64,000 nt of DNA from Bacillota bacterium (lineage in GTDB: Bacteria > Bacillota > Negativicutes > Sporomusales > CTSoil-080), in contig JAGGAE010000007.1 of assembly GCA_017889725.1 (NCBI GenBank), positions 3,860 through 67,859 of the forward strand, read 5' to 3'. A program made the translations under genes and the position numbers. This document shows positions 57,150-64,000 of this stretch, one piece after another. Numbering within the stretch: the first letter of the stretch is position 1; every line of letters starts with the position of its first letter. The notes beneath the pieces were generated by a model. The model did not search any database and was not told where the DNA came from. It saw only the letters and a list, made by a program, of their open reading frames with translations.

Positions 57150-57593
57150 TTACAACTCTGCTAACCGTAAAAGCAGGTTACGTAAAATGATAGTTCTGTC
57201 CTGCATGCTCCAGTGCCCCTCCGTCAGACGGAAAAATTGTCGCATAAGTTCCGCTTCGCGATTCGTTAGTAGCTCGTGATTCTCTAAATGCGTAATCACC
57301 GCTTCTACACTTTCCGTCCGAGGATTTTCCGAAACCACCCGGGCCGCATCCATATATACAATTTGTTGACCGGGTGCACGGAAAATACGGACGAAACCGC
57401 CTGCCCCGCGCCTTGATTCAACAATAAATCCTCTATTAGCGGTAAACCGGGTACTTAAGACATAACTAATTTGCGAGGGCGCGCAATTCAATTCCTCCGC
57501 GAGTTCATTTCGCCTAAGAATAGTAACCTCGCGCTGCTCGCCGGTCAATTTGCCTAAGATATAATTCTCAATGATATCCGCTAAATTTGACAT
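57150..57593 (-). CDS. ctsR: class III stress gene repressor CtsR
   Basis: 147 aa. MSNLADIIENYI start and the SRRGAGGFVRI glycine-rich loop. Confidence 0.93.
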   Translation of the reverse strand: MSNLADIIENYILGKLTGEQREVTILRRNELAEELNCAPSQISYVLSTRFTANRGFIVESRRGAGGFVRIFRAPGQQIVYMDAARVVSENPRTESVEAVITHLENHELLTNREAELMRQFFRLTEGHWSMQDRTIILRNLLLRLAEL

Positions 57594-57623
57594 AGCACCA
57601 CCTGCATCTATTATAGTTTGTTG

Positions 57624-57670
57624 TTTGACCTTTATTGACCTTTAGTTTAATTATATTTGACCTTTTGACA
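57624..57670 (-). promoter_or_regulatory. two CtsR operator boxes upstream of ctsR
   Basis: Minus strand has AGGTCAATAAAGGTCAAA (57624-57641) and TGTCAAAAGGTCAAA (57656-57670). Both match the tandem heptad consensus A/GGTCAAA-N-A-N-A/GGTCAAA. Confidence 0.8.
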
Positions 57671-57678
57671 TTTAGCAA
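57650..57678 (-). promoter_or_regulatory. sigma-A type promoter of the ctsR operon
   Basis: Minus strand reads TTGCTA (57673-57678), 17 nt, then TATAAT (57650-57655). One CtsR box occupies the spacer. Confidence 0.6.
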
Positions 57679-57872
57679 TACCTTTTAGGAAAATTTTTTA
57701 AAAAATTCCTTACCGTTACTGGCCCCGCAGCCTCATGGGAAATTATGGGCCATTGTTTGACTATTACCGTTTCCTGCCGTACCAACCAAACAGGGTTGCA
57801 ACACTTATAGCAACCTTGTTGTATTATTATTTTAATGATAGAAAAAAATATAAGGGGCCATAGAAGAATCTC

Positions 57873-58103
57873 CTATAACCCCTTTTCGGTATGACCTATC
57901 CCTACCTTGGCGAATGTTACGCTAAGCTTGGTAAATCGACGCATAACACGGATTACCCCACCCATATCTGCCCTCAATTTGCTTATGGACTTATCAAATA
58001 AAATCCCAGCGATCGGCAAATCCGCCTTGCCATTACCCCCTCGTTTTAAAACTACGTAGTAGCCACCCTGCTTTTCAATAACACTATTTATCCCTTTCAA
58101 CAT
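57873..58103 (-). pseudogene. possible remnant of an amidohydrolase (adenine deaminase-like C-terminus)
   Basis: Isolated 76-aa ORF with no convincing RBS. GGYYVVLKRG..ADLPIAGIL resembles the GG.VVV..G.....LPIAGLMS segment of adenine deaminases. Recognition only. Confidence 0.3.
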
Positions 58104-58216
58104 ATCCGCTTAATGGCATCACAGGTGACCAAAGCAGCCTATATTTCTATTTTTTCCATGTCGTTCTAGGATAAGCTTTTATTCAAAACAAAAACTTTTT
58201 TTTCACAACTATTTAC

Positions 58217-59107
58217 TCATGCCTGTTGCTTAATATAAAGCTTTTTGACCAAATGATTAACCTCGTCTAAAAATGGTACCTTAATCGGGTCCTTATGCTT
58301 ATGCATTAATTTATAACATACTCTGGGCGGAGGTGGATCGGATATTTGCTGGATTATGAATTTCTCCGGCTTTGCAAACGAATTTGCAATGGATCTTGGT
58401 ACTATGGCCCATTGCCGCACATCCCACATAAGAGAAAAAATAAGCGCAGCAGCATCCACTTGCAACCGAGAAATACTGTAATTATCCCACCACCGGTCAT
58501 GCCACATTTGGTAGGACGGACCCCAATTAAAAAAAAGTTCATACCGATAATCTAATTCCGGAGGAGAGATAATGTTTGCTGATTCCATCCTCTCCCCCGT
58601 AAGACGAACCAACACCATTTCATCTACATAAAAAGGCTCCACTAGTATATTAGGCACAACTCTCTCCATTTTTACAAACGCCACATCAATTTCCCGGCGT
58701 TCAACACTCTCGTAGGATTCGATAGTATGCTGAGTTCGGATCTCCAGACGAACAGCAGGACATTGCTGAATAATGGCTTGATAAAGAGGTGGCAATACGT
58801 AGATGTTTAAACTATCCGCCACTCCTATTGATAAACTAATTCGTGGACCACTTGCTTGCAAAACCGCTAATTCTCTATTCAACATACTCCATCGTTCTGC
58901 TAATGGCAAAAAACTATTTCCAAGTGGAGTTAAGTTAATTGTAGCTACACCTTTTCCACGTTCAATAAGCGTAGCACCGATGCCTCTTTCCAAACCTTTT
59001 AGCCTATAACTCACTGTCGACTGCGACAAATGAAGCAATTCGGCAGCCCTTGTTAAGCTTTGGGTTTTTACTATTGCTAAAAAAGCTTCTATGCCCAAAA
59101 AATCCAT
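58217..59107 (-). CDS. LysR family transcriptional regulator
   Basis: N-terminal HTH (LSQSTVSYRLKGLE) and a LysR substrate-binding domain. Start ATG 59105-59107 after AGGTGA. Divergent from the MFS gene. Confidence 0.88.
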   Translation of the reverse strand: MDFLGIEAFLAIVKTQSLTRAAELLHLSQSTVSYRLKGLERGIGATLIERGKGVATINLTPLGNSFLPLAERWSMLNRELAVLQASGPRISLSIGVADSLNIYVLPPLYQAIIQQCPAVRLEIRTQHTIESYESVERREIDVAFVKMERVVPNILVEPFYVDEMVLVRLTGERMESANIISPPELDYRYELFFNWGPSYQMWHDRWWDNYSISRLQVDAAALIFSLMWDVRQWAIVPRSIANSFAKPEKFIIQQISDPPPPRVCYKLMHKHKDPIKVPFLDEVNHLVKKLYIKQQA

Positions 59108-59250
59108 ATATATCACCTGCAATATCGAATTTATAGATATTTTATATTAGATATTTGCGTTTTACTTTTATTTTTTCATATTATAAACTTTACATCAATA
59201 ACCAGTTTACCAAATTTCTTATTACCGCCTAATAAGAAAAGGAGAACGAA

Positions 59251-60480
59251 ATGATTCATACTGTTGATTCCGGGGAAAAAAACATAATAGGTTTAGCATT
59301 ACTTACAGCCGCATGTCTTATTGGAGATTCCATGTTATACATTGCTCTTCCCACTCATTGGAAAGAGGCCGGACTTAATTCCCTATGGGAAGTTGGGGTC
59401 CTCTTATCCATAAATCGTTTGGTCAGATTACCCTTAAATCCCATTGTAGGCTGTCTATACAAAAAGATCAATACCCGACAAGGAGTCCTCTTTGCTTCTC
59501 TTTTGACATTGGTGACAACCTTATCCTACGGATTTGTAAAAGGCTTTTTCCCTTTGCTCCTTATTCGGTGCATCTGGGGCTTAGCATGGACTTTTTTAAG
59601 GATGGGATCGTACTTTGTCATTTTCGATTGCTCTACGGAATCGAATCGCGGACATTGCATGGGGCTTTTTAACGGGCTTTATCGGTTGGGGAGTTTAGTG
59701 GGTATGCTTGCAGGAGGATTTATCGCGGATTATTATGGCCTACCGATTACCGCTTTAATCTTTGGCACAATAACACTATTATCTATACCAATAGCATTTA
59801 TCTGGATTTCAATCTCAGATGTCAACCGCACTAGCATCGAAAAAAACAACATGAGTAAATCCATGCTGTGGAAAAATCATACTATTTTTTGGACATTAAT
59901 GACCGGAATGCTGGTTTCCTTGATATACCAAGGCATATTCGCAGCAACCCTGAGCTATTTGGTACAAATACATAACTCCGCAATAATTACTATCTCTGGA
60001 ATTACGCTTGGCGCTGCATCGCTCGCCGGTATCCTACAAGCAATACGCTGGGGGTGGGAGCCATGGTTAGCGCCATTAGTTGGGAAAAAATCCGATGGTA
60101 CGTATAGCCGTCGAATGATTCTCATTGCATCGTTACTATTTGCAAGTATTTTATTTGTATTAATTCCATTAAATATTCCTCTTGCTCCTTGGCTACTAAT
60201 TATCATAAGCATACAGCTCACAGCAACAGCATTAACCACAATTACTGACGCTATCGCTTCCGATGCAGCATCAGTATCCTCAAAATTCTTGGTGCTTACA
60301 GCTTACTCTATTGCCGTCGATATCGGCGCTGCCATAGGTCCATTCTTAGCTTATCTGCTCAACACTTACATAGAAACGTATGCGGCATATTGGCTATCTG
60401 TAATACTTCTACTAGTTATGACGATAGTGTGGCTTATCCCTGGTAAAACCACATCACAAACCATTTACCCAATAAACTAG
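59251..60480 (+). CDS. MFS transporter
   Basis: 409 aa, about 12 TM segments. AAGGAG RBS. Divergently paired with the LysR gene. Confidence 0.8.
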   Translation: MIHTVDSGEKNIIGLALLTAACLIGDSMLYIALPTHWKEAGLNSLWEVGVLLSINRLVRLPLNPIVGCLYKKINTRQGVLFASLLTLVTTLSYGFVKGFFPLLLIRCIWGLAWTFLRMGSYFVIFDCSTESNRGHCMGLFNGLYRLGSLVGMLAGGFIADYYGLPITALIFGTITLLSIPIAFIWISISDVNRTSIEKNNMSKSMLWKNHTIFWTLMTGMLVSLIYQGIFAATLSYLVQIHNSAIITISGITLGAASLAGILQAIRWGWEPWLAPLVGKKSDGTYSRRMILIASLLFASILFVLIPLNIPLAPWLLIIISIQLTATALTTITDAIASDAASVSSKFLVLTAYSIAVDIGAAIGPFLAYLLNTYIETYAAYWLSVILLLVMTIVWLIPGKTTSQTIYPIN

Positions 60481-60506
60481 TTTGAAAACTAACCATCCCT
60501 TTTATA

Positions 60507-60547
60507 ATTATCGCCCCCTTGCTAATGCACTAAGGGGGCGATAATTC
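60507..60547. terminator. bidirectional terminator
   Basis: Stem attatcgccccctt / aagggggcgataat. Confidence 0.7.
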
Positions 60548-60631
60548 ATTTATTTTAATATTCGCTCATACAACCAAATGCCTCGCAATATGTACAGCCT
60601 TTTTGGGATACCCACATTCCTTTAGATATGT

Positions 60632-61156
60632 TTATTCTTTCTTTCTCCCTTTCCACCAGCTATATCCCATTTGGCAAACTGCCAGCGTTATCAACGTTCC
60701 GTTTACTAAACGGAATTCATGGGCAAAATACTTCGGATCCCAGAAAGATACCGGGCTGTGTACGGCCACCATCGATAGAGGGTATAAGAAAAAATTGGCA
60801 TGCGCAGCATGTGTTAACCCATCTATAAAGATGTGTGTTCCCCAGCCCAGCATAAAGGGTCGGCAAAATTGAAATGGTCGAAACAAGCTAACAATCCCCA
60901 TCGCGCCCCATACCACAGCAGAATGGCCCATCAAATCTATATACACGGCCCAGGGATACTGCGGCAAGTACGACATAAACATAGCCGGAGTCAGTGCCGG
61001 CAAATCGCTCCAGCCTAATAGCCCTTTTGTCATAAGCACTGCTACCAGCAGAAAATAGATATAATCCGGAGCCATAGATCCCAGTACGATCTGTATTACT
61101 TTTGGATGCCGCTGGGTAAAGTAATATAGCCAAAACCCATGATGAAAGGTATTCAT
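60632..61156 (-). CDS. His-rich integral membrane protein (possible membrane-bound metal-dependent hydrolase)
   Basis: 174 aa, several TM segments, conserved-looking His clusters (FHHG, GHS, GTHIFIDGLTHAAH). Function not established. Confidence 0.45.
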   Translation of the reverse strand: MNTFHHGFWLYYFTQRHPKVIQIVLGSMAPDYIYFLLVAVLMTKGLLGWSDLPALTPAMFMSYLPQYPWAVYIDLMGHSAVVWGAMGIVSLFRPFQFCRPFMLGWGTHIFIDGLTHAAHANFFLYPLSMVAVHSPVSFWDPKYFAHEFRLVNGTLITLAVCQMGYSWWKGRKKE

Positions 61157-61289
61157 GCTTCACCCCTCTCCTATCTGCATTATTTTTTCATTATTTGTCA
61201 AGCTATATGTAAAGCCGCTTTTCTCCTACTACTATACTTCCCTTTTTAGATAAACCAAGCCCGGTTGGCGTAATCAAAAAAAATTTGCC

Positions 61290-61318
61290 TTTACAAGTTC
61301 GCTCAAGCGGATTATAAT
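61290..61318 (+). promoter_or_regulatory. sigma-A type promoter upstream of the SpeD-like gene
   Basis: TTTACA, 17 nt, then TATAAT, about 125 nt upstream of the ATG. Confidence 0.55.
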
Positions 61319-61443
61319 GATGTCCTGTAAAATGTTACTATGTTAAGCGTAAATGTATGAACCTACGAATTATTCTCGTTGAACGAATATTTTTTCTAAT
61401 TTTGGTGTTCTATCAAATTTGATACCGTTAAGGGGCGATAAAA

Positions 61444-61899
61444 ATGATAAAAATATCCGGTAAACACTTAACAGTTGATATGTATGGTTGCAAGTCTAAC
61501 GCCTTAAACAATATAGAATTTATTCGTACTGCCATGCTTACCGCACTTAAAGAATCCAATCTGACTTTGTTAAACTTTACTTACCATCAATTTGATTCTC
61601 AAAGAGTTATTGCTGTGGCGATATTAGAAGAAAGTCACATGAACATCCACACATATCCAGAGCTCAGCTATGCCGCTATTGATATTTTCACCTGCGGCGA
61701 CCCTTCCCGCGCTGACAAAGCAGTTGCCTTACTTAAAAATTTCCTTAAACCTGAACGTACGAAAATTACTAATATCAGGCGTGGAGATTTTATTTCAGAA
61801 AGCGATATACGACCAAAAATCAAAATAAGTATTGCGCCCCTTCGACGGGTTCGCAGTACCGGAGCCAGAGTGCTCCGCTTTCTCTCCCGAACGAAGTAA
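61444..61899 (+). CDS. speD: S-adenosylmethionine decarboxylase proenzyme family (class 1, pyruvoyl-dependent)
   Basis: MYGC, self-cleavage context LEESHMNIHTYPE, and DIFTCG. There is a ~35-aa basic C-terminal extension. Confidence 0.75.
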   Translation: MIKISGKHLTVDMYGCKSNALNNIEFIRTAMLTALKESNLTLLNFTYHQFDSQRVIAVAILEESHMNIHTYPELSYAAIDIFTCGDPSRADKAVALLKNFLKPERTKITNIRRGDFISESDIRPKIKISIAPLRRVRSTGARVLRFLSRTK

Positions 61900-61904
61900 A
61901 ACAT

Positions 61905-61938
61905 AAAAACATCCGGCATAGTAAGCCGGATGTTTTAT
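61905..61938. terminator. terminator after the SpeD-like gene
   Basis: Stem aaaacatccggc / gccggatgtttt. Confidence 0.75.
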
Positions 61939-62030
61939 ATTTTAAACATATATATCTTTGCCTAGGGAGGCAGAGAAAAAATAGACAACTAATACTCCCT
62001 ATTTCTTCTCTATTATACCCATTAGATCCC

Positions 62031-62576
62031 CTAGACACGAAAATCAAAGTTATTGCCTTTAACAGGCGACGAGGGCACAGGAGTGTTAACCACATCCTCA
62101 TTCTTAATGGTTTTCGCTTTCTGAAGGTCAGAAGTTCTTTTAGTAGTACTTACGGAATTGCGTTTCAGCATTCGCCAGAAAAAAAAGGCCACCGCAACAA
62201 CCAATACGACCACTAAAAAAGTGAAATATCCTGTTGCAGAAGAATTTTGATTGTTTTGGTGTAGAATCTTAGGCGGAACAGCTGTCTGCGTGCCAGATTC
62301 TTCTCCTCCAGAATCTGCTAAAGATGTCTCGTTTTTTTTCGAGGTCTGCTCTGTCATCGCATTACTTGCAGCTGGTTTTTGCAAAGCTTCTTTTTCGCCC
62401 GAATGCTCTGCTTTTCCAAGAGTGCTACTTTCCGTTTTAGTGGCAGAAGCTGCAGGGGTGGGCGTTGTAGTTGCTGCCGACGTATCCGAAGAACCAGAGG
62501 CACCATTTCGTGACAGGCTGGGTGGAGTTGGCGGTGTGGGTTTAACAGGTGCTGTAGGTGCTACAACCAAATTCAT
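62031..62576 (-). CDS. single-pass membrane protein with a Pro/Thr/Ser/Ala-rich low-complexity N-terminal region
   Basis: Open frame with GGGAGGG upstream (the start is possibly the TTG two codons in). One TM, YFTFLVVVLVVAVAFFFW, followed by basic residues. Confidence 0.5.
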   Translation of the reverse strand: MNLVVAPTAPVKPTPPTPPSLSRNGASGSSDTSAATTTPTPAASATKTESSTLGKAEHSGEKEALQKPAASNAMTEQTSKKNETSLADSGGEESGTQTAVPPKILHQNNQNSSATGYFTFLVVVLVVAVAFFFWRMLKRNSVSTTKRTSDLQKAKTIKNEDVVNTPVPSSPVKGNNFDFRV

Positions 62577-62614
62577 CCCTCCCTGAAATAGGTCAACCCT
62601 ATCCGTATCATATC

Positions 62615-62705
62615 AAAAAAACAGCAGTTCCGCCAGTCTCTTTGATGCCACTGCTGTTTTTTATCAGCCTACAGCAAGCTTTTCTCGAAAAAGGGCCACA
62701 TTCTC
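62615..62705. repeat. copy A of a ~90-bp repeat: terminator hairpin plus a relic of the last 13 codons of an iorB-like gene
   Basis: Aligns with 63661-63750 at roughly three quarters identity. The minus-strand relic reads ENVALFREKLAVG-stop with a stop codon immediately upstream. Confidence 0.8.
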
Positions 62706-62741
62706 AAATTACTCAGAACCTTGTGTGTCATCAACCGGACA

Positions 62742-63512
62742 TTAATTAGCCTGCAGGAAGTTATCAATTATTCTATTATATCTTTTCGACTCTTCAAGCA
62801 TCGGCAGATGTCCTGAGTATTGCATTTCAATAAAAACCGCCTTGGGAATTAACGACGAGCAAACTTTTCCTTCGGCTGGTGGATTTAGCCCATCATGCTT
62901 TCCACTAATAACTAACGTTTCAGCTGTTATTTGCTCCAGTTCACTACGATAATCAAACCCACTCAATGCTTTATTAGCTACATCCATTTGTTCAGGAGTC
63001 AATGTATTCTTTAAATTGTCCACTAAATTGGCCCTTACTTCTGGATTATAGACTATATATTTAGCGAGGGCTTCTATAACTTCTTTCTCGTTTAACCCTT
63101 TTAATTCTTCGGCATGCTTTGAAATCAATCTTTGGGTCGATGAAGTTAATCCATTTGACTTAGGAACAGTTAGAATAAGTTTTTTTATTCTATGTGGCTG
63201 ACCAATTGCTACCCCTTGCGCAATATAACTTCCCATTGATACTCCGTAAAGATTCACAACCTCAAAATTCAAAATATCCATTAACGATATAATATCTTGT
63301 ACATGATCCTCTAAAGTATAGCTATGCGGTTTATCTGACTTTCCATGTCCTCGGCAATCTATAGCAACCGTTTTATTAAATTGGTTGAGTCTGTGAATTT
63401 CATCTTTCCACTGGGTATTGTCCATGCCAAGACCATGAATCAGTATCAAAGTGGGCCCGTCCCCTTGTATTTCAACATTCAAATCTATTCCATTTACTCT
63501 CATTATACTCAC
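62742..63512 (-). CDS. alpha/beta hydrolase
   Basis: 256 aa. HGLG oxyanion region, nucleophile elbow GVSMGS, C-terminal SGH. Confidence 0.85.
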   Translation of the reverse strand: MSIMRVNGIDLNVEIQGDGPTLILIHGLGMDNTQWKDEIHRLNQFNKTVAIDCRGHGKSDKPHSYTLEDHVQDIISLMDILNFEVVNLYGVSMGSYIAQGVAIGQPHRIKKLILTVPKSNGLTSSTQRLISKHAEELKGLNEKEVIEALAKYIVYNPEVRANLVDNLKNTLTPEQMDVANKALSGFDYRSELEQITAETLVISGKHDGLNPPAEGKVCSSLIPKAVFIEMQYSGHLPMLEESKRYNRIIDNFLQAN

Positions 63513-63660
63513 TCTAAATTCCTCCTCTGTTCATCTTAATTCTACTGTTTCCTACTATAACTTAAGACAATTCTATGAACAGCTTAACAAACATACGTTC
63601 TATCGTCAACTAATTCATTTTTTTGTACTAACTATATAACATAATTTCTTCTACCATTAC

Positions 63661-63750
63661 AAAAAAACAGCGGTGCCACCAGTCTTTTTGGCAGCACTGC
63701 TGTTTTTAGTTATACTAAGCCAAGCTTTTCTCGAAAAAGGGCTACATTCT
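63661..63750. repeat. copy B of the ~90-bp repeat: authentic 3' end of the iorB-like gene plus its terminator
   Basis: See copy A. Here the coding part is in frame with the upstream ORF. Confidence 0.8.
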
Positions 63751-64000
63751 TTTCAAGCGATTCAGCCCGCAGCAGATCTTCAAGAGCCTGTTCATAGTGA
63801 TTAACTTCAACACCGGGAATGAGCTTGTTACTAGCAATTGCCGCTAACAAAACCATGTTCTGCATACGGTTATCACGGAGCACCGCCGGACCAACCCTGA
63901 CTTCCTTTATTCCTCGCAGTAAACATTCTTGCTCAATCACCGGCGTTTCAAGCCTCGGCTCTCGCCCCAGCCTGACCATAAGCGGCTGCCATTCGGTATC
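63710..64000 (-). CDS. C-terminal part of an indolepyruvate/2-oxoacid:ferredoxin oxidoreductase beta/gamma-type subunit (IorB-like); gene runs off the window end
   Basis: The frame is open to position 64000. NMVLLAAIAS...NVALFREK resembles the C-terminus of the POR-gamma/IorB catalytic domain. Confidence 0.55.
   Translation of the reverse strand, partial: DTEWQPLMVRLGREPRLETPVIEQECLLRGIKEVRVGPAVLRDNRMQNMVLLAAIASNKLIPGVEVNHYEQALEDLLRAESLEKNVALFREKLGLV

Noticed and set aside
57686-57707. Apparent palindrome ggaaaattttttaaaaaattcc near the ctsR promoter
   Set aside because: Position-by-position check shows several mismatches. It is a low-complexity A/T run rather than a true inverted repeat.
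57736-57864. 42-aa plus-strand ORF (MGNYGPLFDYYRF...) in the gap after ctsR
   Set aside because: No SD upstream and no recognisable features. It is probably chance in an AT-rich spacer.

Overview
The window looks like a core chromosomal segment of a diderm Firmicute (Negativicutes-like). It carries classic Firmicute synteny blocks: ctsR-mcsA-mcsB-clpC-radA, tig-clpP-clpX-lonB-lon-engB, cggR-gap-pgk-tpiA-gpmI-eno and rapZ-yvcK-whiA. It also carries outer-membrane features, namely an autotransporter with a beta-barrel and an O-antigen-ligase-like protein. Almost all genes are on the minus strand. Other content: folC; valS with a Val T-box leader; tatAC; a polyprenyl synthase; a four-subunit 2-oxoacid:ferredoxin oxidoreductase; AhbA/B-like siroheme decarboxylase subunits plus ptb; tRNA-Gly(GCC); rubredoxin; rpoN; hypFCDE; and a small accessory tail (LysR, MFS, SpeD-like, alpha/beta hydrolase). 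The most interesting locus is a two-gene cassette wedged between tRNA-Gly and eno. It encodes a radical SAM/SPASM enzyme (26745-28037) whose 3' end overlaps a strongly SD-led 95-aa ORF (27986-28273). The C-terminal 60 residues of that ORF are about one third Pro and one sixth Cys, with an internal repeat, so it is a candidate new RiPP precursor/maturase pair. A second, known cassette lies upstream of the hyp genes: a 46-aa SCIFF peptide that the ORF track missed, plus its maturase. Three otherwise conserved genes carry frame-breaking lesions: valS and hypF have internal deletions of roughly 90-105 nt, and the autotransporter has a 16-nt tandem duplication. These are either real pseudogenisation or assembly artefacts. 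No CRISPR array, transposase, integrase or prophage genes were seen.
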